64,000 nt of DNA, taken from IMG/VR virus record IMGVR_UViG_3300033120_000852, positions 32,685 through 96,684 of that record. One strand, given 5' to 3'. A program made the position numbers and the translations under genes. Below are positions 17,130-26,801 of the stretch, piece by piece. This DNA comes from a virus. How positions within the stretch are numbered: position 1 is the first letter of the stretch; every line of letters begins with the position of its first letter. The notes under the pieces are model-generated. The model worked only from the letters and a program-made list of their open reading frames with translations, was not told the DNA's origin and ran no database searches.

Positions 17130-18011
17130 ATGTTTATTAAATTAAAACAATCACCAGACGAATCGGCTTCAAGTATTGGCTTAAATAAATATGGTAAAAG
17201 TATGTTACCGGGTGCATTTCAAATTCTTCAACCAGCTAAAGATAAATCTGGACGTTGGATAACAGGTATAGATGAAGACGCTACTAAACTAAGAAAAGAA
17301 CTTTCTGGTGATGAATATATTGAAGTAAGAGATAGTCTTAAAGAAGAAAGAGAATCTTTAGAAAGAGCTACAGGACTTGATCTATCAGCAACAAGTAAAT
17401 ATTGGGATGATTACTTTATTAGAATTTCTGGTGACAGAATGTTTGATTTAGATTTTCCAGCAGATAGGATTGATTATAAAGTATTGCTTGCAAATCAATA
17501 TGCAGCACCTAATTTAGAATCAATTAGCTCTCCTGAATATAATCATGTTAAATTTTATTTAACAGATGATGCTTCAGAGGAATCTAATAAAGCAACAATT
17601 AAAAAAGAAAAAAATAGAGCTATTGCTGAACTTACTAAAATTGAAGAAAATAAAAATAGACTTTTTATTATTGCTAAATTTATTTTTGCCAATTCAATTA
17701 GTGATGAAATAACAACAGATAGTTTATATAATATGCTTTCCGATTACATCATGGATGATAAAAAAGGAAAAGATATTAGGAAATTTAATTCTGTAGTAGA
17801 TAAAACTACAGAAGAATTACAAATTAAAATTACTGTAGATGAAGCTAATAGATTCCATGTAATACGTCAACGTGATAATGTGTGGCAACATGGTAATATT
17901 ACTCTAGGTAAAAGCTTAGAGGATGTGGTTAAATATTTATCTAAAGTAGAAAATTCAAATGAACTTGGTTCTATTATAGAAGAAGTTCGTGAAAAAAGAC
18001 TTAGAGGTTAA
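17130..18011 (+). CDS. Capsid-module protein of unknown function
   Basis: Immediately downstream of the MCP gene; RWITGID and DLSATSKYW segments. Assigned by synteny. Confidence 0.65.
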   Translation: MFIKLKQSPDESASSIGLNKYGKSMLPGAFQILQPAKDKSGRWITGIDEDATKLRKELSGDEYIEVRDSLKEERESLERATGLDLSATSKYWDDYFIRISGDRMFDLDFPADRIDYKVLLANQYAAPNLESISSPEYNHVKFYLTDDASEESNKATIKKEKNRAIAELTKIEENKNRLFIIAKFIFANSISDEITTDSLYNMLSDYIMDDKKGKDIRKFNSVVDKTTEELQIKITVDEANRFHVIRQRDNVWQHGNITLGKSLEDVVKYLSKVENSNELGSIIEEVREKRLRG

Positions 18012-18679
18012 TGACTATTCAAGAAGCATATAAAAGATTTTTACTTAAAATAGAAAAAAACGATACAAACAATGAAATAGCTATAAGTCCTGCGGAATTT
18101 ATATTTATGTTCAATGAGTTATCTTTAGTCTGGTTAAGAGAAAAATTAATTGATAAAAATGCTACAGATAGTATTAATGATATTAGAGAACTTTTAGTGG
18201 AAGAATTAGAATTATCTAATTTTAATGAAACTAAAAAACATAATGATTTTGTACTTCCTGAAGATTTTTATAAATTTTCAAGTGCATCAGCTTTTGCTGA
18301 AAGAAATGGTTGTGAAAAAGATATTGATATTATAAATATTAAACCCAAAGAAAAAGATTCTTGGTTAAATGATGATTTAAATAATCCTTCATTCGATTGG
18401 GAAGAAACAATAAGTATTATTACAAATAATAAAATACAAGTATTTAAATCTGATTTCGATGTTAATAAAGTTTATCTTTCTTATTATCGAAAACCATCCA
18501 AAGTTGATATAAGTGGTTATAAACATATTGACGGAACAATATCTACTACTAAGCATCCTGATCTAAGTGATGAGAATGTAAATGAAATTATTAGTAGATG
18601 TGCCTTAGAGGTTGTTACCAATTATCAAAACGGAGAAGGATTTCAATTACAACAACAAAGAATTTTAAAAGAAAAGTAA
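18011..18679 (+). CDS. Head-tail ring / adaptor protein (putative)
   Basis: FVLPEDF, DDLNNPSFDW and YLSYYRKP pattern of tubular ring proteins; synteny. Confidence 0.6.
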   Translation: MTIQEAYKRFLLKIEKNDTNNEIAISPAEFIFMFNELSLVWLREKLIDKNATDSINDIRELLVEELELSNFNETKKHNDFVLPEDFYKFSSASAFAERNGCEKDIDIINIKPKEKDSWLNDDLNNPSFDWEETISIITNNKIQVFKSDFDVNKVYLSYYRKPSKVDISGYKHIDGTISTTKHPDLSDENVNEIISRCALEVVTNYQNGEGFQLQQQRILKEK

Positions 18680-18708
18680 ACAATTAAAACACAATTTAAA
18701 AACAATTT

Positions 18709-20877
18709 ATGTCAGGTTTAAATCAATCGTTTGAGCAGGTATTTGTTCTATCAAATCCTACTCTACTCGCATCAGGTACAACCGTGGATCTAGCTGTAGG
18801 TCAAGTAGGTATTTTCGATCCAGAAAAAGGCTACGCTGCTACTGCTTCTCCCACTTATGCGAAAAACAAAGCCTTAATATTTGCACAAGGTCGTCCAGAT
18901 ATTTCTCATCTTGGTGAATTCATCCTTAATGGATTTGAAGGATCAAGTGCGAAATCGAAACTAGTTAAAGGTAAGAAAATTACTGGATGGACTGGTAAGA
19001 GAGCTTCTAGGGGAAAACAAGAAATTATAACTGTAGGTTATGATGGAGCCGATATTACAAAAAATCTAAAAGGTTATGATGGAGTTAATAAAAATTTCTA
19101 TCTTAAACTAACTGGTCAACCAATGACCAAACTTTATTCCGAACAAGGAATGATTCGTAATTACGTAATTGGTGGAGAATGCTTTGAGTGTGAAAATACT
19201 CTTACTAATCCTGAAAAAATTGCTGATGAATTGGTTTCTAAAATCAATGGAGATAAGTATATTAATCGTTATGTAAGAGCATCTAAACTTTTGTATGATC
19301 CAACACCTGCTTCACCAACAACTGTAAACTTTACAAGGTGGAATGTATCTGTAACTGATACAGGTGATACAGGAGCATTAGCTGCTGTTCAGGTACAATA
19401 TCCAGGAACTCAAGTTAAACTTGTTTCTAGAAGTGGATATTTGTCAACATATGAAATTGTTAGGCTTGCATCTTTAGGTACTCCTACTGCTGTAGCAATT
19501 ACTAACTCTGTAGTTATTCCTGAATGTACTACCTGCCCTGTGGGATACACTTTCCAAGGAGAAAGAAAAGTATTTGAAATTTCTCGTTCTTTGGCAGGAA
19601 ATGAAGTACTTGTTACTACTGGAAACAAACAAACTTATGCAGATACTGTAAAAGCCTCATATTTTGTCGCTAAGACATTTAATGGTGCTACTGCTGTAGA
19701 TCCTACTACTGATCAAATTACTCTTACTGCGCATGGTCTTTCTGTTAATCAACCCTTAGTTTATTCTAATGGTGGAGGTACTACTGTTGTAGGTCTTACT
19801 AACGGTGCCACTTATTATGTAAAAACTGTAATTGATGCTAATAACATCACTTTATCTTCTACTCCTGGTGGAACTGTAATTGATATTACTGCTGATGGTG
19901 TTGGAGCTGCTCATACATTGACTGTTGCTTCTTCTGCTTCGTTTGTAACAAATGATGCTGGTGTTGCGAAAGTATTGCTTTCATTTGATACTACTGTTGC
20001 TGATATTACTGCTGTCCTTGCTGACACTGTAAATGAAATTGTAACATCTGGTGCATATTGTGTTCCTGGAGCTGGTACAACTGCTAGTTGGACTAATGTA
20101 GAAACATTGCTTGCTTATCAAAAAACTTTGAAAATTACAGTTGGTGACGATTGTGGTGACACAGTTCTTGCAGATATTCAAGCTGCTTATCCTAATCAAG
20201 TTATTACACTTGTAGGTGGTACTCCAACAGGTAATTGTGTTCATATGTATAACACAAATATTTTGTCTAATCCTGTATCTTCTGATTGTTCAATTGAAGA
20301 ATTGAAATACACTTTCCCTTCTTCTTATAAAGGAGTTGATTGGGTTGATGCTACTGTAGCTGTTGAAAATACAGATGTAGTTGCTGGTGTTAAAATTGAA
20401 GCTGCTTTTGTAGATAGAATAACTGGTGAATGTACTTATGATTATTTCCCTAAAGAATATGACGGTATTCATCTAGAAGCATCATTCTATGATCCTGATT
20501 ACAATGCAGATCCTTGTGATGTAATTGAATGGCCTATAACTAAAATTCAAGGAATTGAATATCCTCACGGAGATGGTTATATGGTTCGTAAACGTGAAGA
20601 TAGACAAAACAGTCTACATCTACGTGAACGCTCTTTCAGCCCTGCTGTAAGAGAAGTAGAAGGTTATCATAGTAATTCTAAATTAGATAGATACTATGAT
20701 GAATATGCTCTATCGTTTGACTTTAGTTATAAAGTTCTTGGATGGTCTGAAACATACACTGATTCTTACCGTATTGTCTTCTTCGTAGAGGAAGGACAAG
20801 GTAAACCACTAGAAGACGCTATTAACTCTTATGTTACTGGTACTAGTGTTGGTCTTGATCCAGTTGTACTTCATTAA
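18709..20877 (+). CDS. Virion structural protein (auxiliary capsid-type) with an inserted beta domain
   Basis: T/V/G-rich 722 aa protein, third gene after the MCP, closed by a strong terminator. Confidence 0.65.
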   Translation: MSGLNQSFEQVFVLSNPTLLASGTTVDLAVGQVGIFDPEKGYAATASPTYAKNKALIFAQGRPDISHLGEFILNGFEGSSAKSKLVKGKKITGWTGKRASRGKQEIITVGYDGADITKNLKGYDGVNKNFYLKLTGQPMTKLYSEQGMIRNYVIGGECFECENTLTNPEKIADELVSKINGDKYINRYVRASKLLYDPTPASPTTVNFTRWNVSVTDTGDTGALAAVQVQYPGTQVKLVSRSGYLSTYEIVRLASLGTPTAVAITNSVVIPECTTCPVGYTFQGERKVFEISRSLAGNEVLVTTGNKQTYADTVKASYFVAKTFNGATAVDPTTDQITLTAHGLSVNQPLVYSNGGGTTVVGLTNGATYYVKTVIDANNITLSSTPGGTVIDITADGVGAAHTLTVASSASFVTNDAGVAKVLLSFDTTVADITAVLADTVNEIVTSGAYCVPGAGTTASWTNVETLLAYQKTLKITVGDDCGDTVLADIQAAYPNQVITLVGGTPTGNCVHMYNTNILSNPVSSDCSIEELKYTFPSSYKGVDWVDATVAVENTDVVAGVKIEAAFVDRITGECTYDYFPKEYDGIHLEASFYDPDYNADPCDVIEWPITKIQGIEYPHGDGYMVRKREDRQNSLHLRERSFSPAVREVEGYHSNSKLDRYYDEYALSFDFSYKVLGWSETYTDSYRIVFFVEEGQGKPLEDAINSYVTGTSVGLDPVVLH

Positions 20878-20894
20878 AAAATAAATAACGTTTA

Positions 20895-20923
20895 AAAAGC
20901 GGAGGTAATTCTCCGCTTTTTTT
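20895..20923 (+). terminator. Intrinsic (possibly bidirectional) terminator
   Basis: AAAAAGCGGAG-GTAATT-CTCCGCTTTTTTT. Confidence 0.9.
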
Positions 20924-20924
20924 A

Positions 20925-20985
20925 TGCTATAATAGTTCATTTTTTACTTGAAAAATAATAGATAAATATAAAATATTTATCTTTG
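20925..20985 (+). promoter_or_regulatory. Bipartite promoter TGCTATAATA-N43-TAnnTTTG
   Basis: TGCTATAATA at 20925-20934 and TATCTTTG at 20978-20985; ATG at 21003. Confidence 0.7.
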
Positions 20986-21002
20986 TAAAAAATTATACAC
21001 TT

Positions 21003-21545
21003 ATGTTAGGTATACAAGAAAATACATTAGATTTTGAAATACTTCCTATAAAAAATCCTAAACATTTAGTTATTTTTGATACTTCTGATTATATGGAATT
21101 ACCAAAAAGACCTAATATTAGGATTACTTTACCAGGATATACAAAACCTATTATCTTACCTTTTAAGAAAAATGGTATAAATAAATATAATTCTAATCAT
21201 CTACAAGGAAATAAAGCATCATTAAAATTGAATGATCTTCCAGATGGCTTATATAAAATAAGTTATCATATATATCCTGATGAAGAACAATATGTTGAAA
21301 AATATCATTTACAAACATCCATATTTAATAGAAATTATTCACAATTTTTATTAAATATGGAACTATCTGATTGTTCTTTAAAGAATGATCATCAAATCAA
21401 GAATAGTTTAATAGAAGCTGATTTATTTATGGAAACTGCTAAAGCTCATTTAGATGAAGGAAATCTAAAAACAGCACAAGAATTCTATAAAAGAGCTAAT
21501 ATTTTATTAGAAAAATTAACCAAAAAATTAAAAGATTGTTATTAA
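21003..21545 (+). CDS. Putative tail structural protein
   Basis: IFDTSDY...ITLPG...DLPDGLYKISY Ig-like pattern; first gene of the Cys-rich tail cluster. Confidence 0.6.
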   Translation: MLGIQENTLDFEILPIKNPKHLVIFDTSDYMELPKRPNIRITLPGYTKPIILPFKKNGINKYNSNHLQGNKASLKLNDLPDGLYKISYHIYPDEEQYVEKYHLQTSIFNRNYSQFLLNMELSDCSLKNDHQIKNSLIEADLFMETAKAHLDEGNLKTAQEFYKRANILLEKLTKKLKDCY

Positions 21546-21546
21546 A

Positions 21547-21864
21547 ATGGGATGTACGCCTTGTGAAGAAAAACGAAGAAAACGTGAAGCTGATGCTCTC
21601 TTAGGAATTCAAAGCATAACTGTTAATATGGGACCTGCTTGTGGATTCAATATGTCACAACTTACAAAATGGAAAAACGTTTTGGATTGTGGATATACAC
21701 AAAATAAACTTTCTGAAGTTAACATTTCAGAAGAATTGTATGGACAATATATAGGAGTTTTAAATTATACAATAGATCATTTAGAAGATTCTGAATGTTT
21801 ATATAATCATGAGCTTGCACTTATTCTACAAGCAACTCATGTATTAGTTGCATTAGGTTGTTAA
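21547..21864 (+). CDS. Small Cys-rich structural protein
   Basis: MGCTPC N-terminus and a C-terminal Cys; tightly packed operon. Confidence 0.6.
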   Translation: MGCTPCEEKRRKREADALLGIQSITVNMGPACGFNMSQLTKWKNVLDCGYTQNKLSEVNISEELYGQYIGVLNYTIDHLEDSECLYNHELALILQATHVLVALGC

Positions 21865-21867
21865 TAT

Positions 21868-22089
21868 ATGGATAGAACAGTTACTAGATATAATAAAGCT
21901 ATTATTAAAATAGGTAACGCTGCTTTGATGAATAGAAAATTTGATTTTAAAAATGATATAGATTATTCAAAATATATCAGACTTAAAAGAAGTAAAGACT
22001 TATATAATAACTTTTTAGATAAGGATATTTATGTTTCTCAAACTTCTGAAGAGGTAAAAGAAATATTAAATAAAATTAGTTTTGAATAA
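21868..22089 (+). CDS. Hypothetical protein
   Basis: ORF track; TAATG-coupled to the next gene. Confidence 0.6.
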   Translation: MDRTVTRYNKAIIKIGNAALMNRKFDFKNDIDYSKYIRLKRSKDLYNNFLDKDIYVSQTSEEVKEILNKISFE

Positions 22090-22565
22090 TGGGAAAGTGT
22101 AAAAAGAAAAATGTTTTTTGTGGGACAGAATTAGCTAGTGATTGTGTAGATTATACTGGTGACGAATTAAAGTCTTTAGAAAAAAATATTGATCAATGTG
22201 ATATGTCAATGACTGATGTAGCTCAAAATATTGATAAAGAACTTAAAGCTGTCAAAGATAGTTTAGATACAAAAAAACTTTCTAAACTTTGTATTAGTTC
22301 AATTGATAAAGAAGATAGTGTTATAATTATTATTAATAAACTTATTTCTGAAATTTGTGATCAATCTAAAAGAATAAAAGATTTAGAAGAAAATGGAGTT
22401 AGTAGTGATATATTAGATACTATAGTAGATATTGATAGTAATTGTCTTACAGGTAGTCATTGTGCAAATGATGGTACATTAAGATCTCTTTTAATAAAAA
22501 TTGTAACAGAACTTTGTTTACAAAAAACAAAATCAAATAATTCCTCAAATACTTATGTACCTTAA
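22089..22565 (+). CDS. Cys-rich coiled-coil structural protein
   Basis: ASDCVDY motif shared with its neighbours; helical segments ending in LC or IC. Confidence 0.65.
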   Translation: MGKCKKKNVFCGTELASDCVDYTGDELKSLEKNIDQCDMSMTDVAQNIDKELKAVKDSLDTKKLSKLCISSIDKEDSVIIIINKLISEICDQSKRIKDLEENGVSSDILDTIVDIDSNCLTGSHCANDGTLRSLLIKIVTELCLQKTKSNNSSNTYVP

Positions 22566-22569
22566 ATAA

Positions 22570-24141
22570 ATGGGATATAAAAACGAAATAAATAATTGTA
22601 CATCTTGTAACAATGATACAGAACCAGAAAAAGAATGTTCTGTACTTTTAGATACATCTTGTGTATTTTATAGATGGAGAGATTCTGATAGTACAGCATT
22701 AACTTGTTTAGGTTTAACTGCTGGAACAAATCTCACAGATATTATAGATGAAATAGATACAAAACTATGTGAAATGTCTGGATTTAATTTATCCGGATTT
22801 GATCTTAGCTGTTTAGCTGAAACACATAGTATTTATTCTTTTAAAGATTTTGCAGAAGTAGTATCTCAAGAAATTTGTACACTAAAAGCTGGTGATTATA
22901 ATTATAAATTAGATACTTTAAATGCCAATTTACAATTTATAAATAAACCTGTTTTACAAGATACTTGTATTGGTTATACAAATAATGATTCAATTCAAGT
23001 AATATTACAAAAAATTATAGATAAAGTTTGTACTATTGATAGTGTTAAAAAACAAATAGTATCTAGTCCAAATATTACTGTAATAGATAGTAAAACAGTA
23101 GATATAACTGTTTGTGGAGAAAAAGATCATACTTTAAAAGCAGATGTAATTGTTGCTCCTAGAGAAGATAATAAATTAAAAGTATTAGATAGTGGTCTAT
23201 TTGTACCTAATTTAACAGATGTTGATATAGGATTACTTTTAGATAGAATAAATAGCGTTCCAGCGCTTAAAGAGAAGTTATGTAATATATGCTCTTTTAA
23301 TCAGGGGGTGGGTGGGTCGTCGAATGCAAGGTTATGTAGTTGTTCTATGCAAATAGAGTCTATTGCAAAATATAATGGTAATAATTATAGTGTTGTTATA
23401 AATACAGTTAATTTAGGAATATCTCCTTTTTATTGGGAAGTTAGAAATAATTTAAATATAATTGTTGCATCAGGAGAGACAACTTCTGAAACAAGTATTT
23501 TAGAAACATTTAGTTTGTCAAATACTCTACCAGAAGGAATATATACTGTAAGATATACATCATTAACATGTAATTGTAGTGATGTAAAAAGTTTTACACA
23601 TACTCCTTCAACAAATATAACAATTGCTCCTAGAGTAATAAGTGCTGTTCCTCAATGTACAGAAGATTCAAATTTAATACTTGTATCAAGTGTAGCTGGA
23701 ACAAATAGTGAAGTTACTACAATTATTAGGAATGCAACTAATCAAGTAATTCATACTAGAACAAATAGCTTAAATTATAATAGTTACGAAATAACAGTTA
23801 ATGGTATTTATACAGTTACTGTATATGATGCAGATAATAATTTAGTTTCATCTTTACCATTCATTGTAAACTTTACTTGTATTGGTGATATTACTCCTCC
23901 AGAAGAAATATGTGTTACATATAATATTACAAGTTTTTCTGAAGAAGATCCAATTACTATTAATTTTATTAATTGTGATGGAAGTAATGGAAGTGTAATG
24001 ATAGAACCAGAGGATAGTCTTGTTATATGTATGGTAAGAGGTAGTTTTGAATCTGATGATTTCCTTACTTTTACTGAAATAGCACAAGGTTGTGAATCTG
24101 TATGTGATATAGAAATAATAACAGCAACAATAGAATATTAA
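22570..24141 (+). CDS. Cys-rich tail fibre-like protein
   Basis: DTSCVFY motif, helical N-terminal half and beta-rich C-terminal half. Confidence 0.65.
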   Translation: MGYKNEINNCTSCNNDTEPEKECSVLLDTSCVFYRWRDSDSTALTCLGLTAGTNLTDIIDEIDTKLCEMSGFNLSGFDLSCLAETHSIYSFKDFAEVVSQEICTLKAGDYNYKLDTLNANLQFINKPVLQDTCIGYTNNDSIQVILQKIIDKVCTIDSVKKQIVSSPNITVIDSKTVDITVCGEKDHTLKADVIVAPREDNKLKVLDSGLFVPNLTDVDIGLLLDRINSVPALKEKLCNICSFNQGVGGSSNARLCSCSMQIESIAKYNGNNYSVVINTVNLGISPFYWEVRNNLNIIVASGETTSETSILETFSLSNTLPEGIYTVRYTSLTCNCSDVKSFTHTPSTNITIAPRVISAVPQCTEDSNLILVSSVAGTNSEVTTIIRNATNQVIHTRTNSLNYNSYEITVNGIYTVTVYDADNNLVSSLPFIVNFTCIGDITPPEEICVTYNITSFSEEDPITINFINCDGSNGSVMIEPEDSLVICMVRGSFESDDFLTFTEIAQGCESVCDIEIITATIEY

Positions 24142-24154
24142 ATAAAAATAAAAA

Positions 24155-24613
24155 ATGGCATGTAAAGACTGTGGTGATATTGATTTAAGTCCATGTGACC
24201 CAACAATTCCAGTAGAACCAATTCAATATACAAAATGTAAACCTTGTAGAAAAGCAACATGTTTACAAAAAATAGATTCTTCTTGTGTTTATTACAAGTT
24301 TAATCAATTTAATTGTGATCAAGGTCTTACTTATTTAGATATACAAAATAGTACTCCTTTAGAGGATGTTGTTGAAAAAATAGATAGTGAGTTAAATAAA
24401 ATAACTAAACCTACTTTAATTAATTGTTTTGTTACTGAATCGGGTATAAATCTTACAACTTATAGATTAAATGATATTTTATTAGAACTTCAAAAAAAAT
24501 ATTGTCAAAGTTTAACTTTGAACACTCAAAGTTTACAAACACTATTAGAAACTATAAGAGACACACCTTCACTTAAAACTCTTTTTTGTGAAATAATTGC
24601 CACTTGTGAATAA
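24155..24613 (+). CDS. Cys-rich structural protein
   Basis: DSSCVYY motif; resembles the N-terminus of 22570..24141. Confidence 0.65.
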   Translation: MACKDCGDIDLSPCDPTIPVEPIQYTKCKPCRKATCLQKIDSSCVYYKFNQFNCDQGLTYLDIQNSTPLEDVVEKIDSELNKITKPTLINCFVTESGINLTTYRLNDILLELQKKYCQSLTLNTQSLQTLLETIRDTPSLKTLFCEIIATCE

Positions 24614-24621
24614 AAAATAAA

Positions 24622-25170
24622 ATGGGAAAAATAAATTTAACAGCATCAGGTGGGGAAGGTCCATTTACAATAACAATTAGAGAAGTAAATGAACTTTCAG
24701 GTAACAGATATACTGGACCAAATCCAACAAATACTTTATCTAATCTTGATGTAAATTTTATAAAAGATAATACAGATCATTTATATAGTGTAAATGTATC
24801 TAATCAAGTATGTTCTTTAGCTACAGAAATTTTTCAACAAAAATGTGAATGTGAAAATATTCCTTCTTTTGTAGCTTCTCAAGATTGTACTAATCCACAA
24901 AATCCTAAAATATCTGTTACTGCAAATTCAGGTATTCCAGGAGGAATAGTAAGAATTAGAATATATAACGCTCTTAATAATCTTTTACATGATGTAATAG
25001 GTTATGAAGGAACATGGAATTTACCAGTAACAAATAATGCAACATATAGAGTAGCTGTTAGTACTGGTTATGAAGGTTTAGAAAATTGTAAAGCAGTAGA
25101 TCAATTTATTACAGTTTCTTGTACAATTGAATGTTCTTTATCAATAACAATATCTAATCCTACTTGTTAA
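24622..25170 (+). CDS. Beta-rich structural protein with SprB-repeat-like N-terminus
   Basis: INLTASGGEGPF start and spaced cysteines. Confidence 0.6.
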   Translation: MGKINLTASGGEGPFTITIREVNELSGNRYTGPNPTNTLSNLDVNFIKDNTDHLYSVNVSNQVCSLATEIFQQKCECENIPSFVASQDCTNPQNPKISVTANSGIPGGIVRIRIYNALNNLLHDVIGYEGTWNLPVTNNATYRVAVSTGYEGLENCKAVDQFITVSCTIECSLSITISNPTC

Positions 25171-25183
25171 TAAAAAATGATAT

Positions 25184-26698
25184 ATGGCGAGTGTAAATTT
25201 AAGTATAGTTGGTGGGGTAGCTCCTTTTCAAATAAAAGTTACTAGATGGGACGAAGGTACAGATAGATTTATATCGTATTTTGGAGGACTCTTAGAGTTT
25301 ACTCATGAAACATCAAATCAAAATATACAATATGTAGTAGAAGTTAAAGATCAATTAAATTGCATTCAATATAAAACATTTGTATTGAACTGCGGAGTTA
25401 TACCTTTACCTGAATTTACTGTTTCTTTAATTCAACCTGTATGTAATGGTACCGGAGGATATATTCCTGCTAGATTAGAATTATCAAATATTACAAATAT
25501 AGTAAGATATAAACTTTGTTATGATCAAACAACTTTTGATAGTTGTGGAGATTGTTTAATAAGTTCTGGTAATATAAATACTTCTAGTTTAACAATACCT
25601 TTAGATACACCAAATATACCTGCTACAAGGAATATTTTCCTTAGAGGATATAGTGATGCTACTTGTAATAATTGGATTCAATTTGGAGGAAGTATAACAA
25701 CTCCTGTATGTGGAGATCCATTAAATGATCCAGATTTTCAATATACTTTAATACAACCATATTGTAGTCAAGCTAATGGTGGGGTTCCTGTTAATGCAGT
25801 ACTTAAACTTACTAATTTAACTAATGCTACTAGATATAAAATATGTTATGATTCAACTACTTTTAATAGTATATGTGAATCAAGTTGTTCTTCCAGTGAT
25901 GGTATTATAACAGGTAGTTCTATAGATATACCTATTGTACCTTTTGCAGTAGCAGGAACAAGAAATGTTACTGTTAGAATATTTAATGGTTCTGGATGTA
26001 GTGCTAAAAAAGATGTAAGTTTTTCAATAGTTTCATCTGATTGTAGTGCAAATCAAATTACATTCTTAAATTTAGATTATAAAATTAATAAAGATTTAGG
26101 TAGTAATTTATGTTCTACTCCAATTCTTAATGATTATGATATGTATCTTACATTGAATACTCCGGGAGTTGCAGAAAATGGACAAAAAGCTTTAAATAGA
26201 AGTTTAACAGAAAAAGATATTCCTAATAACAAACAAGTTCCAAATGTATTTATTGCTGCAAGTAATGATATGAATTTTGGTCCAGGAGCTTTTTATAGAT
26301 GGCAAATAAATCTTTTAGAATTAAAAGCTAAATATCCAAGCATAAATGTATTCACTTTTGATGTTTATGCAAAAAGAACAATAGGAGTTGCTACAAATCC
26401 TCAATATGCTCAATTAACACCACAATATAATTTATTCTCTGGTGTTTCAATGAATAAAAGAACTCCTGCAACTGGTTGTACAAGTAATTTTAAAAATGCA
26501 ACAGATGCTGAAAGAAATCCTTATTACTCTCAAACAGGAGGAATAGTTACTCCAGGAATGCATACTTATAATTTTGCAAATCCAGATAATAGAAAGATAG
26601 CAACTTTCACCTTTGACACAACACAGACAACAATAATACCGGGAAGTCCTCCAACAACAGCTCTTGGTAAAGTAACTTCATGGACAAATATTCCATGA
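25184..26698 (+). CDS. Putative receptor-binding / fibre protein with an internal duplication
   Basis: VNLSIVGGVAPF start and two copies of a roughly 100-aa Cys-containing domain. Confidence 0.6.
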   Translation: MASVNLSIVGGVAPFQIKVTRWDEGTDRFISYFGGLLEFTHETSNQNIQYVVEVKDQLNCIQYKTFVLNCGVIPLPEFTVSLIQPVCNGTGGYIPARLELSNITNIVRYKLCYDQTTFDSCGDCLISSGNINTSSLTIPLDTPNIPATRNIFLRGYSDATCNNWIQFGGSITTPVCGDPLNDPDFQYTLIQPYCSQANGGVPVNAVLKLTNLTNATRYKICYDSTTFNSICESSCSSSDGIITGSSIDIPIVPFAVAGTRNVTVRIFNGSGCSAKKDVSFSIVSSDCSANQITFLNLDYKINKDLGSNLCSTPILNDYDMYLTLNTPGVAENGQKALNRSLTEKDIPNNKQVPNVFIAASNDMNFGPGAFYRWQINLLELKAKYPSINVFTFDVYAKRTIGVATNPQYAQLTPQYNLFSGVSMNKRTPATGCTSNFKNATDAERNPYYSQTGGIVTPGMHTYNFANPDNRKIATFTFDTTQTTIIPGSPPTTALGKVTSWTNIP

Positions 26699-26729
26699 TA
26701 AAAAATATTTTTGGTTTTTCTTGATTTTT

Positions 26730-26764
26730 ATAGCACATTTCTTTTGGATTTGTGCTATTTTTTT
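26730..26764 (+). terminator. Putative terminator overlapping a promoter
   Basis: ATAGCACA...TGTGCTAT followed by a T-run. Confidence 0.55.
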
Positions 26765-26774
26765 CATACCTTTG
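26743..26774 (+). promoter_or_regulatory. Bacteroidota housekeeping-type promoter
   Basis: TTTG (26743-26746), 20-nt spacer, TACCTTTG (26767-26774); ATG at 26802. Confidence 0.75.
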
Positions 26775-26801
26775 TATCATTATTAATTAAACCATAAAAA
26801 C

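Noticed and set aside
23304..23316. GGGGGTGGGTGGG run in an AT-rich gene
   Set aside because: Only three G-tracts, and it encodes a Gly-rich linker (QGVGGS) between domains. Nothing indicates a DNA-level function.
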